A stretch of DNA of 64,000 nt from Nitrosopumilus sp. (GTDB taxonomy: Archaea > Thermoproteota > Nitrososphaeria > Nitrososphaerales > Nitrosopumilaceae): contig JAOTYR010000001.1 in NCBI GenBank assembly GCA_029861785.1, positions 2,636 through 66,635 on the forward strand, read 5' to 3'. Positions 19,392-29,085 of the stretch are shown here, in pieces. The notes below the pieces were generated by a model. That model was given only the letters and a program-made list of their open reading frames with translations. It was not told the DNA's origin and ran no database searches. A program made the position numbers and the translations under genes. Within the stretch, counting starts at the first letter, position 1; the number at the start of each line of letters is the position of its first letter.

Positions 19392-19811
19392 TTACTCCCC
19401 AATAATTTTTACTAGAACTCGTTTTGGTCTTCGCCCATCAAATTCCCCATAGAAAATTTGTTCCCATGGACCAAAATCTAGTTCCCCATTTGTAATTGCT
19501 ACTACAACCTCTCTTCCCATTATTTGCCGTTTTAAATGAGCATCCGCATTATCCTCCCCTGTTTTATTGTGATTGTACTGTTCTGTTGGTTCATGGGGAG
19601 CAAGACCCTCTAACCATTTTTCATAATCCTGATGTAAGCCACTTTCATTATCATTAATGAACACACTTGCTGTGATATGCATTGCATTTACAAGACATAA
19701 TCCTTCTTGGATTTTGCTTTTTGTAACCAATTTTCTTATATTAGGAGTGATGTTAATCAACGCTCTTCTAGTTTTTATATTAAATTCAAGATATTCTGTT
19801 GAGAATTTCAT
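19392..19811 (-). CDS. yjbQ: YjbQ/UPF0047 family protein
   Basis: [18 protein letters not shown] and [18 protein letters not shown]. Confidence 0.9.
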   Translation of the reverse strand: MKFSTEYLEFNIKTRRALINITPNIRKLVTKSKIQEGLCLVNAMHITASVFINDNESGLHQDYEKWLEGLAPHEPTEQYNHNKTGEDNADAHLKRQIMGREVVVAITNGELDFGPWEQIFYGEFDGRRPKRVLVKIIGE

Positions 19812-19848
19812 GAATTAAAATAATCGATCTATCATAAAAATTCTAAAA

Positions 19849-19908
19849 GCAGGCTCAGAACTCAAGATCCTCATCATCAATCATAGGGATAAAAACATCA
19901 CTGCCTGC
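19849..19908 (-). ncRNA. Box C/D guide sRNA
   Basis: Minus strand reads GCAGGC-A-GTGATGT(C)-TTTTATCCCT-ATGA(D')-T-TGATGA(C')-TGAGGATCTTGAGTT-CTGA(D)-GCCTGC. Perfect 6-bp terminal stem, 60 nt. Confidence 0.8.
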
Positions 19909-19983
19909 AAAGGAAAATTTGTTCTGAGACTAATTGAGTCTTTCAAGAAGCTTGATAAATGGCCAATTGCTCAATCTTTCAAA

Positions 19984-20397
19984 ATGGTTACAATTGATAT
20001 GGCTACTTCACTTGAAAGTTTTAGAAAATTTATCATATCAAGTACATGTAAATCATATGCTCCCAGAAGCTATTTAGAGGATTATGAGGTTTTTGCTGAA
20101 AGAGAGGAGAGTTTAGGTAGCATTTACGTTGAGGCAGCAGATAAAGTAACCTTGAAAAAAATACGAGATATTACTTTTGTCAATGCAAGAGATGTGCTTG
20201 GAATAATCTACAATTCAAAAAGTGGAAATACTTCCTTAAAGTGGCGTCAGATTAAAAGAGATAACGGAAAAGTTACAGGTGAGGCTTCTTCAAATTCATT
20301 AACAAATTTAGCTGAATCAGGTGTTCTAACATTAGATTGGGTAGAAAATTATCTAAAGAAAAAAGCAAACGATAAAAATTCAGAAGTTAATAGCTAA
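19984..20397 (+). CDS. Hypothetical protein
   Basis: 137-aa ORF with normal composition. The start may be the ATG at 19999. No family recognised. Confidence 0.7.
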   Translation: MVTIDMATSLESFRKFIISSTCKSYAPRSYLEDYEVFAEREESLGSIYVEAADKVTLKKIRDITFVNARDVLGIIYNSKSGNTSLKWRQIKRDNGKVTGEASSNSLTNLAESGVLTLDWVENYLKKKANDKNSEVNS

Positions 20398-20429
20398 ACT
20401 CTTTTTTCTTTGATTCCTATTGTATTATT

Positions 20430-21479
20430 ATGATTACAAAGATTATTGATGAAAATTCAATCTCTATAATTCCTGAAGATTCAGATGATTTGTTCAATCT
20501 TAGGCGTATAATAAAAGAGGGCGATACAGTTGTAGGTGACACTACTAGAGTAATAAAACAAGAAAAGGATTATTCAAGACCCGATAAAGGGGAAAGGATC
20601 AAAGTTCGAATTGCACTTAATGTAGAAAAAATTTCACTTGATGATGTTTTAGATAGATTAAGAATAGGTGGAACCATTTCTGAATCAAGCAATGAATTGG
20701 TACCGCATGGATCGCATCACTCATTTATTCTAAAAGTCAATGATGGTATTACAATTACAAAAAAAAATTGGTTACCAGTTGAAAAGAATTTAGTTGAGTC
20801 AAATAATAAACAAATCGGTTTTTTGCTAGTTGCTATTGATACAGGTGATTGTGGGATTGCAAGATTAAAAGGAACGCATTTACAGTTTATTCCAAATATT
20901 TATTCAGGTTGGGGAGGAAAAAGATACAAAACTAATTTTAATCTTGAAAAATTTTTTGAACAAGTTCAGCAGGCCATATTTTCTATCATTCAAGATATAG
21001 ATTCCATTATCATTTTTGGTCCAGGAGAAACAAAAAAACGATTTGCAAATTTTCTTCAAAAACCTCAAACCAAGAAACTTAAAGTTCAGGTTATCGATGG
21101 AATAGATTCAGGAGGAGAAGATGGTATTTACATATTTACTAAATCTCAAACCATGAAAGAGATAATGTCTGAAAGCAAATTAGCTAAAGTTTCTTCCATT
21201 ATTGATGAAATCATGACCATGGCAAATAAAAAAAGTAAAAAATTTACAATGGGTTTTGAAGAAACATTCAAAGCAAATCAATTTGGTGCAGTTGAATCAC
21301 TTGTTTTCTCAGACAAAGTAATTCAAACATATAATGAAAAAAAAGTAATTGATTTTCTCAATGATGCAGAAAGTAAAGGTGTAAAGACATATGGTGTTGA
21401 TTCTTCCACGGATATTGGTCTTAGAGTAACTGGTCTTGGAGGAATTGTTTCATTATTACGATTTCCTGTTGAATCTTAA
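20430..21479 (+). CDS. pelA: mRNA surveillance protein Pelota
   Basis: PEDSDDLFNL.RII..GD, RLRIGG.I, GSHHS, FGPGETK and LGGIVSLLRF. Confidence 0.92.
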   Translation: MITKIIDENSISIIPEDSDDLFNLRRIIKEGDTVVGDTTRVIKQEKDYSRPDKGERIKVRIALNVEKISLDDVLDRLRIGGTISESSNELVPHGSHHSFILKVNDGITITKKNWLPVEKNLVESNNKQIGFLLVAIDTGDCGIARLKGTHLQFIPNIYSGWGGKRYKTNFNLEKFFEQVQQAIFSIIQDIDSIIIFGPGETKKRFANFLQKPQTKKLKVQVIDGIDSGGEDGIYIFTKSQTMKEIMSESKLAKVSSIIDEIMTMANKKSKKFTMGFEETFKANQFGAVESLVFSDKVIQTYNEKKVIDFLNDAESKGVKTYGVDSSTDIGLRVTGLGGIVSLLRFPVES

Positions 21480-21784
21480 GTAGAATCTTTCAACCATTCA
21501 AGATAAGGTTTGTTAATTGATTGGACATTAATTTCTGCTATTTCAGGAATATCATAGGGATGAGAAGATTGGATTTTTTCTTTTAGGATTTTTTTATTTT
21601 TGTGGGTGGTCTTAAACAAAGCCAGATATTCTGATGAATTTTTAATTTTACCTTGCCATGCATAAACAGAAGAAATTTTTGAAATGTTAACACACGCAAC
21701 AATTTTGGCTTTAACTAATTCATTTGAAATTTTGATAACCGATTTTTTGTCGGGATAAGTTGAGACAATTATCGTTGGCTTCAT
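21476..21784 (-). CDS. cutA: Divalent-cation tolerance protein CutA
   Basis: VACVNI...SVYAWQGKI, KTT, HPYDIPEI and YLEWL. Confidence 0.92.
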   Translation of the reverse strand: MKPTIIVSTYPDKKSVIKISNELVKAKIVACVNISKISSVYAWQGKIKNSSEYLALFKTTHKNKKILKEKIQSSHPYDIPEIAEINVQSINKPYLEWLKDST

Positions 21785-21827
21785 AGTAAACGATAAATGG
21801 CCGAGGTTTAAAAAATTAACAATTAGT

Positions 21828-23024
21828 TTGGAACTTGATTTTATTACTCAAAATTCGATTATCTATGTGTTAATAGCTTGGGTGGTAATTGTGGTAACAG
21901 CCAAGGGTTTAAAACTTGAAAAATATGGGGTTGAAATCAAAGCTTATAGTCTTGTTTACAAAAATAAACAAGTTCAAACCGTATTAACAAAAATTCTGGG
22001 GCGTACGAGGAGAGGAATTAGAGTATTTGCAGATGTAAGTGTTATAGCAGGTTTTATTATGATGGGATTTGCATTTTGGTTTTTGTTAGATAATGTTTCA
22101 AAGTTTTTTGTAGCACCTACAGATTTTTCAGAACTTACTGTTTTAATTCCTGGAGTGACTTTAACCTCTTCAGCATCAATTACATATTTTCTTTTATCAA
22201 TTCCAATAGTTTTAGTTGTTCATGAAGGTGCACATGGAATAGTAGCAGCGTTAGAAAAAATTAAGATAAAGACTGGAGGATTTGCAATTTTTATTGCAAT
22301 GTTTGCAGGATTTGTAGAACCAGATGAGGAAGAGTTTAACAAAGCAAAAAAGATTTCAAAATTAAGAGTTATTGGAGCAGGAGCTACTGCAAATGTAATT
22401 TTCGCATTTGTTTTAGGAGCAATTCTCTTGACAAATCCATTATTTGCTTTGATAATGCCGGAGCCTCTATTAAGTATCTTTTATGAATTACCTCAAGGTG
22501 TTTTGATTCTTTCCATAATTGAGAATTCAGGAGCTGAGCAAGCAGGACTGTTGTCAAATGATATTATTACGTCAATAAATGGAATATCAATTTTGAGTCC
22601 GGTTGATTTTCCCAGTCTAAGTCCTGGAGAAACTGCCGATGTTTCTGTTCTAAGAAGTGGAGAAAAATTAGATTTTTCAGTTGAAATCATGCCATCTCCT
22701 GAAGATGCTGAAAGAGGTTTGATTGGAATAATGCGTGACAATTCTTTGGCATACAAACCTGTTTTAAATTTTATCGAATGGAATGATCCAGGTGTTTCAA
22801 TGTTTTTGTTATGGTTATGGATGATTTCCTTTTTCATTGGTATAATCAATATGCTTCCACTACCCATTTTGGATGGTGGAAAATTTGTTCATACTATTAT
22901 TGATCAGAGATTATCAGAAAAATTAGTTAATGGAATAATGTGGGGAATCTATGGGTTTACTTTTGCCTTGTTTGGATTAAATATAGCATTATCATATATT
23001 AAATCGGGTTGGTTTACAATCTAA
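21828..23024 (+). CDS. Site-2 protease (M50) with PDZ domain
   Basis: HEGAH, GFVEPDE, AGATAN, PDZ (SGAEQAGL..NDII..ING) and NMLPLPILDGG. Confidence 0.92.
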   Translation: MELDFITQNSIIYVLIAWVVIVVTAKGLKLEKYGVEIKAYSLVYKNKQVQTVLTKILGRTRRGIRVFADVSVIAGFIMMGFAFWFLLDNVSKFFVAPTDFSELTVLIPGVTLTSSASITYFLLSIPIVLVVHEGAHGIVAALEKIKIKTGGFAIFIAMFAGFVEPDEEEFNKAKKISKLRVIGAGATANVIFAFVLGAILLTNPLFALIMPEPLLSIFYELPQGVLILSIIENSGAEQAGLLSNDIITSINGISILSPVDFPSLSPGETADVSVLRSGEKLDFSVEIMPSPEDAERGLIGIMRDNSLAYKPVLNFIEWNDPGVSMFLLWLWMISFFIGIINMLPLPILDGGKFVHTIIDQRLSEKLVNGIMWGIYGFTFALFGLNIALSYIKSGWFTI

Positions 23025-23059
23025 AAAATTCCTAAAGAATAATTAATGAAAAATTTAGG

Positions 23060-23983
23060 GTGAGATCAATGAAATGCGATAGATGCGATAATCAGATTGC
23101 ATTTACTAGGAAGTATTCTGGTGAGAAACTTTGTTCTAAATGTTTTTCAAATTCAATATTGCGTAAAACAGCTAAAACTATTTCAAAATATAAAATGGTT
23201 CAAAATGATGAACTTGTTGCAGTTGCAGTCTCTGGAGGAAAGGATTCACTTGCACTCCTAAATATTATGAATAAAATGGCAAAAAATCATAATTTTAGAA
23301 TTAAGGCGGTTACTATAGATGAAGGAATATCGGGATATAGAAATGAAGCCCTTGAAATTGTAGAAAAGTTTTGCCAAAATCTAAATGTGGAATTAAGCAC
23401 GTTTTCCTTTAAAGAATTATTTGAATTAACATTAGATGAAGCACTAGATTTAAGAGAAAATGAGAAAAAAACTTCTTGTTCTATTTGTGGAACTTTGCGT
23501 AGAAGGGCAATGGAATATGCGGCAAAAGATATTGGTGCAAAGGTAATAGCTACTGGTCATAATTTAGACGATACTTTACAAACTTTTGTCATAAACATGT
23601 TATCTGGCGACACAAGTAAAGTAGGTTGGATGGACCCAGACACTTCTGGAAATTCATTAAGAAAAATTAAACCATTTTCCGAAATTTATGAATCAGAAAT
23701 TGTATTTTATGCATTTACAAATAATATTCCCTTTCAATCTGAACCATGTCCACACATGAGTGAAGGTATTAGAACAGAAATTAGAGAATTTCTAAATTCA
23801 TTAGAGAATAAACATAGTGGAATAAAAAATAATCTATATCAATCAATAATTAGAGTATCTCAAATTGTAAAAGATTCCAATAAAAAGCAAAAAAAAATTT
23901 GTGAAAAATGTGGATGTGAGTGTACTGGCATTACCTGTTCTGTCTGCAATGTTGTTTTAAAACTAAAAGGAAACAAAACCTAA
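23060..23983 (+). CDS. tRNA 2-thiolation protein NcsA/TtuA family (TIGR00269)
   Basis: Terminal Zn fingers, SGGKDS PP-loop, CSICGTLRR and ATGHNLDD. Confidence 0.88.
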   Translation: MRSMKCDRCDNQIAFTRKYSGEKLCSKCFSNSILRKTAKTISKYKMVQNDELVAVAVSGGKDSLALLNIMNKMAKNHNFRIKAVTIDEGISGYRNEALEIVEKFCQNLNVELSTFSFKELFELTLDEALDLRENEKKTSCSICGTLRRRAMEYAAKDIGAKVIATGHNLDDTLQTFVINMLSGDTSKVGWMDPDTSGNSLRKIKPFSEIYESEIVFYAFTNNIPFQSEPCPHMSEGIRTEIREFLNSLENKHSGIKNNLYQSIIRVSQIVKDSNKKQKKICEKCGCECTGITCSVCNVVLKLKGNKT

Positions 23984-24012
23984 TGCAAATATAACAATAC
24001 TTTCAAAGAAAA

Positions 24013-24332
24013 ATGGTAGTAGGGAGGATCAGGGTGCCAGCCGTGCCCTATTCTGAAACCGGCTATATGCAGAGATCAGTAACTGTTGGGTAAATCTCTA
24101 GATTGGTAATTCCCGCTTGGTGTGCGGAAATGAAATCACGCCGAGGCGGGTGGTTACAGGACTAGAACTATCCGAAGGGATAACTTCTAAGACCGAACCA
24201 TCGAAAGGGATGAGGTCCGGGAGGGAGCAATCCTAAGGTGGAGCATCCACGCTTCCTCGTCTACGTGGCGGATCTTGTATGCCTTGAAATGGGGCTATCC
24301 GTTTAGACTGGAACCAACAGACCTGCTACCAT
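24013..24332 (+). ncRNA. ffs: Archaeal SRP (7S) RNA
   Basis: GC-rich stretch of about 320 nt closed by ATGGTAGTAGG/CCTGCTACCAT. Helix-8-like GGATGAGGTCC-GGGA-GGGAGCAATCC and a helix-6-like TATCC-GAAG-GGATA hairpin. Confidence 0.85.
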
Positions 24333-24377
24333 TAATTTATGATTTTTAATTTATATTATAAAATCTAAATTTATTAT

Positions 24378-24656
24378 CTAGTATAACACATCAAACTTTG
24401 AAAATTCATTTGTAAATTTTTCATTTCTAATATCTACGTCTTCAACTCTAGCGTTAGCCGGCCCACCATGACACCATTCTACTATAGTACTTACATTTTC
24501 TTCATTGCCTTCAAGAATGGCTTCTACTCTTCCATCATCAAGATTTTTTACCCACCCTAAAACATTATTTTGTTTAGCTTTTACTTTTAGAGTTTGTCGA
24601 AAAAAAACTCCTTGTACCTTTCCTTTTACAAAAACTCTAATCCTTTGATTAGTCAT
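24378..24656 (-). CDS. acyP: Acylphosphatase
   Basis: GKVQGVFFR, GWVKNLDDGRVE and GPANARV. Confidence 0.95.
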   Translation of the reverse strand: MTNQRIRVFVKGKVQGVFFRQTLKVKAKQNNVLGWVKNLDDGRVEAILEGNEENVSTIVEWCHGGPANARVEDVDIRNEKFTNEFSKFDVLY

Positions 24657-24717
24657 TCAGAAATTAGGATTCTTAAGTTATTTATCAATTTTAGGTTGTA
24701 ATAGACACTTGTAGAAT

Positions 24718-25452
24718 CTACTTTCTTTCTTTAATTCTAGCTCTACCAGTTTTTCTTGCAGCAATACTTCCCACTTTTGCACCTGGTGGAGCATCACGGG
24801 AAACTGTAGAGCTTTGTCCAACATGTTGATGTCTACCACCTCCATGAGGGTGAACATATGCGGCTTGGGCGACACCTCTTACAATTGGATATTTTTGTCC
24901 TTTAGATCTGAAACTTCGCCATTTGTTACCTGCCAACATAAAGGGTCTATCAGTAGAACCGCCACCAGCAAGAGTACCAATCATAGCTCTGTTTTTAGGA
25001 TTAAGTGTGATAAATTTTCCAGATGGAAGCTTTATGGTAACTCCTTCTTCTCCATGTGAGAATACGGTTGCATCAGTTCCCGCAGATTTTACAATAGCAC
25101 CGCCATCGCCAAAGTGTCTTTCAATATTACAAACAATAGTACCATCAGGGATGTTCTGGACACTAATCACATTTCCCTTCTCGATAATTGATTTTAAACC
25201 AAAATTCAAAATTGTGCCAACTCTTGTTCCAAGAACTGCAGGTACAAAAGAAACAGAACCGTCTTCAAATCTTACTTTGGAAAGGGGAGCTTCTCTACCA
25301 CGCTCATGAACTAAATCAATTACTTCTCCGGTATGTTGCTCAGATAAGGGAAAACGTGGATACTTGGCCTGATGTCCTATTTTACCAGTTGAAGTCGCTC
25401 TAAATTGATTTCCTCCACGGCCACGTCTTCTTACTAATGGTCTTTTACCCAA
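24718..25452 (-). CDS. rpl2: 50S ribosomal protein uL2
   Basis: GKRPLVRRRGRG, VRGVAQAAYVHPHGGG and PGAKVGSIAARKTG. Confidence 0.96.
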   Translation of the reverse strand: MGKRPLVRRRGRGGNQFRATSTGKIGHQAKYPRFPLSEQHTGEVIDLVHERGREAPLSKVRFEDGSVSFVPAVLGTRVGTILNFGLKSIIEKGNVISVQNIPDGTIVCNIERHFGDGGAIVKSAGTDATVFSHGEEGVTIKLPSGKFITLNPKNRAMIGTLAGGGSTDRPFMLAGNKWRSFRSKGQKYPIVRGVAQAAYVHPHGGGRHQHVGQSSTVSRDAPPGAKVGSIAARKTGRARIKERK

Positions 25453-25555
25453 GTAGATCGTTTCCTGCTTAATGTAGATTTTAAGCTTGTGATTTTATGC
25501 TGTTTTCGATGAAAACACCACAAAGGTATAAAAATTAGACGACTGAATTTCATTT

Positions 25556-27742
25556 ATGAGTCAGAATGCTCTTTCATTGAAAGTGTTAGAAGCTTATACC
25601 CGAGATGTTGGTCGTGGAGTAGCAAGAATTGATTATGATTCTATGGATACACTTGGGGCATCAACTGGTGATGTAATTGAAATAAAAGGTAAGAGAAGAA
25701 CTGTTGCAAAATGTCTTCCACTTTACCCTTCAGATGAGGGAAAGGGAATTATTAGAATCGATGGGTTAGGTCGAAATAATTCTGGAATCGCTATAGGAGA
25801 CACTATTACAGTGAGAAAAATTAAAGCAGTAGCTGCTGAAAAAGTGGTAGTTGCTCCATTAGAGGCAATTCCTCCAATTGATGAAAGATATTTAGCTGAT
25901 GCACTAGAAAGTGTACCTTTGATAAAGGGGGATAATGTAATGGTTCCATATTTTGGTGGACGTTTAACTTTTCAAGTTATTGGTGTAACGCCAGGAGCTG
26001 ATGCAGTATTGGTTACTCAAAAAACTGTTTTTCATATTGCTGAAAAAGGAGAGACATTACGAGGCGTTCCTCAAGTAACGTATGAAGATATTGGTGGAAT
26101 TCAAGATGAGATTAAAAAAGTAAGAGAAATGATTGAATTGCCATTAAGGCATCCTGAAATATTTGAAAAATTAGGAATAGAAGCTCCAAAAGGCGTTTTA
26201 TTATTTGGTCCTCCCGGGACCGGTAAAACATTACTTGCAAAGGCAGTTGCAAATGAGAGTCAAGCTCATTTCATTAGCATATCAGGTCCTGAAATTATGA
26301 GTAAGTTTTATGGTGAAAGTGAAGCTAGATTACGAGAGATTTTCAAAGAAGCAAGGGAAAAAGCACCTTCTATTATTTTTGTAGATGAAATTGATTCTAT
26401 TGCACCAAAAAGAGAAGAAGTAACTGGAGAAGTTGAAAGAAGGGTTGTTTCACAAATGTTATCTTTAATGGATGGTTTAGAGGCAAGGGGAAGAGTAATC
26501 GTAATTGCTGCAACAAATAGACCAAATGCAATTGATCCTGCTCTACGAAGACCTGGAAGATTTGATAGAGAAATTGAAATCAAAGTTCCAGATAAGAGGG
26601 GAAGAAAAGACATTCTCTCTATTCATAGTAGAAACATGCCTTTGACTGATGATGTTGATATTGACAAAATTGCGAGTGTCAGCCATGGATATGTTGGAGC
26701 AGATTTAGAATACCTATGTAAAGAAGCTGCAATGAAATGTTTGAGAAGATTACTTCCCGTATTAAATTTGGAAGAGGAAAAGATACCTCCAGAGACTCTA
26801 GAACAACTAATTGTAAACCATGAAGACTTTCAAAAAGCTTTGATTGAAGTAACACCGTCAGGAATGAGAGAAGTATTCATTGAAAATCCAGATGTTAAGT
26901 GGGATGATGTAGGAGGATTAGAGGATGTAAAACGTGAACTTCAAGAAGCAGTTGAATGGCCAATGAAATATCCAGGGCTTTACGATAAATTAGGACATAG
27001 AATGCCTAGAGGAATTTTACTTCATGGTCCTAGTGGTACAGGAAAAACCCTTCTAGCTAAAGCAGTTGCTACAGAAAGTGAGGCAAATTTCGTTTCTGTT
27101 AGAGGTCCAGAATTATTATCAAAATGGGTAGGAGAATCAGAACGTGGAATAAGAGAAATTTTTAGAAGAGCAAGACAAGCATCGCCATGCGTAGTATTTT
27201 TTGATGAAATTGATTCAATTGCACCAATTAGAGGGGCAGGGGGCGAAACCGCTGTTACTGAAAGAGTCGTTAGTCAATTACTAACTGAGTTAGATGGCAT
27301 GGAAAATATGCATGGAGTAGTTGTATTAGCTGCTACTAACAGAGCAGATATGATTGATCCAGCATTGCTTAGACCAGGAAGATTTGATAAAATTATACAA
27401 ATTCCATTACCAGATAAAGAAAGTAGGAAGATGATAATTAAAATTGGCTCAAAGATAATTCCAGTTATTGATGATGTTAATGATCCACAACATGTTGATT
27501 ACGATAAAATTGCAGAATTAACTGATGGGTTAAGTGGTGCAGATGTTGCCGCTATTGCAAATACTGCGGTTTCGTTAGTTATTCATGAATTTTTGGATAA
27601 ACAGCCAGATCTTAAGGACGTTGAAAAGAGCTCTGAAAATGCCAAGGTCACAATGAAACATTTTGAAGAAGCAGTAAAGAAAGTACGCGAACAAAAAGAC
27701 CTCAAGATAGGCGAAAAATTGGTAGCTTCCTATTACAGGTAG
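25556..27742 (+). CDS. cdc48: CDC48/VCP-family AAA ATPase
   Basis: N domain [11 protein letters not shown] and two AAA modules ([22 protein letters not shown]). Confidence 0.95.
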   Translation: MSQNALSLKVLEAYTRDVGRGVARIDYDSMDTLGASTGDVIEIKGKRRTVAKCLPLYPSDEGKGIIRIDGLGRNNSGIAIGDTITVRKIKAVAAEKVVVAPLEAIPPIDERYLADALESVPLIKGDNVMVPYFGGRLTFQVIGVTPGADAVLVTQKTVFHIAEKGETLRGVPQVTYEDIGGIQDEIKKVREMIELPLRHPEIFEKLGIEAPKGVLLFGPPGTGKTLLAKAVANESQAHFISISGPEIMSKFYGESEARLREIFKEAREKAPSIIFVDEIDSIAPKREEVTGEVERRVVSQMLSLMDGLEARGRVIVIAATNRPNAIDPALRRPGRFDREIEIKVPDKRGRKDILSIHSRNMPLTDDVDIDKIASVSHGYVGADLEYLCKEAAMKCLRRLLPVLNLEEEKIPPETLEQLIVNHEDFQKALIEVTPSGMREVFIENPDVKWDDVGGLEDVKRELQEAVEWPMKYPGLYDKLGHRMPRGILLHGPSGTGKTLLAKAVATESEANFVSVRGPELLSKWVGESERGIREIFRRARQASPCVVFFDEIDSIAPIRGAGGETAVTERVVSQLLTELDGMENMHGVVVLAATNRADMIDPALLRPGRFDKIIQIPLPDKESRKMIIKIGSKIIPVIDDVNDPQHVDYDKIAELTDGLSGADVAAIANTAVSLVIHEFLDKQPDLKDVEKSSENAKVTMKHFEEAVKKVREQKDLKIGEKLVASYYR

Positions 27743-27776
27743 TTTTTATTAAATAGACAAAAAGTAGTTCTGGTAA

Positions 27777-29066
27777 ATGTCTGAATATACCGGATATATA
27801 GGAAGATCATTAGAATTTCTAAAATTAAATGATCTTGTAGTTGGAGATTCAGTCAAGATCTTATCAGACCTAACTTTTTCTGGGATAATTATGCCTAGAT
27901 ATGAGCACAGTGACGATAAACATGTTGTTCTAAAATTAAACAGTGGTTATAACGTTGGATTAGAGATAGACAAAATTGAAAATGTTGAGAAATTATCCAC
28001 AGCTGAAAAAAATGTTGAGAAAATACAAAAACTCGAAACAAATCCATCATTACCAAAAATACTTCTCTTGTCTACTGGTGGTACGATTGCAAGCAAGGTG
28101 GATTATAGAACAGGTGCAGTTACACCAATCTTGACTGCTGAAGAACTAAATTCATCAGTACCTGAATTAGCAAGAATTGCTAATATAGATACTGAAGTAT
28201 TATTTTCAGAATATTCTGAAAATATTATGCCAGACCATTGGTTAAAAATTGCTAAAAAATTAGAAGGATATTCTAATTCGGATTATTCAGGAATTATTAT
28301 TGCTCATGGAACAGATACCATGCATTATACATCATCATTTCTTTCTTTTTCATTATCAGGATATCCAATTCCTATTGCATTAGTTGGCTCTCAAAGATCT
28401 TCAGATAGAGCATCTTCAGATGCTGCTCTTAATTTAATTGGAGCAACTAAATTTCTAGTTGAATCTAAAACTAAAGGAATCTATGTAATCATGCATTATG
28501 ATGAAAGTGATGAAATTATAGCTTGTCATTTTGGTACTAGAGTAAGAAAAAACCACACAAGTAAAAGAAATGCATTTCAAACAGTTGGAGATTCTCCAGC
28601 ATATCTCATCTTTAATAATAATATTCAGAAAAATACTAGAGAGAAGTTCTTTAAAACAAAAGTCTTCAGTCCAAAAATTCATCTTGATACAAAAGTTGCA
28701 TTGATAAAATACTATCCAGGTTTTGATTCAAAGATTATAGAAAAAATAATTGAAATGGGATATAAAGCCATAATTTTTGAAGGAACTGGTTTAGGACATA
28801 TTGGAAAAACAATGTATGAATCAATAAAAAAAGCACATGAAAATGGCATTTTTTTAGGTATGACTTCTCAGTGTATTGAGGGAAGAGTACGCATGACTGT
28901 ATATGAAAGTGGACGAGATTTACTTAATTTAGGAATTATCCCACTAGAAAATATGATTCCAGAAGTAGCACTAGTTAAAACTATGTGGGCAGTTGCAAAT
29001 TCAAGAGATAATGAAGATTTAAAAAAAATTATGTTAGAGAATATTTCCTCTGAGATATCTTATTAG
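27777..29066 (+). CDS. gatD: Glu-tRNA(Gln) amidotransferase subunit D
   Basis: KLNSGYNVG, TGGTIASKVDYRTGAV, HGTDT and GSQRSSDR. Confidence 0.95.
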   Translation: MSEYTGYIGRSLEFLKLNDLVVGDSVKILSDLTFSGIIMPRYEHSDDKHVVLKLNSGYNVGLEIDKIENVEKLSTAEKNVEKIQKLETNPSLPKILLLSTGGTIASKVDYRTGAVTPILTAEELNSSVPELARIANIDTEVLFSEYSENIMPDHWLKIAKKLEGYSNSDYSGIIIAHGTDTMHYTSSFLSFSLSGYPIPIALVGSQRSSDRASSDAALNLIGATKFLVESKTKGIYVIMHYDESDEIIACHFGTRVRKNHTSKRNAFQTVGDSPAYLIFNNNIQKNTREKFFKTKVFSPKIHLDTKVALIKYYPGFDSKIIEKIIEMGYKAIIFEGTGLGHIGKTMYESIKKAHENGIFLGMTSQCIEGRVRMTVYESGRDLLNLGIIPLENMIPEVALVKTMWAVANSRDNEDLKKIMLENISSEISY

Positions 29067-29085
29067 AAAATGGAAGTTTTGATAA

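Noticed and set aside
19812..19983. Possible TPP riboswitch upstream of yjbQ (CTGAG present)
   Set aside because: No TPP aptamer junction or stem pattern is present. The sequence is fully explained by a C/D-box sRNA.
24013..24332. Alternative identity as RNase P RNA or a novel ncRNA
   Set aside because: It lacks the GAGGAAAGUCC/AACAGAA P4 motifs and has an SRP helix-8 signature.
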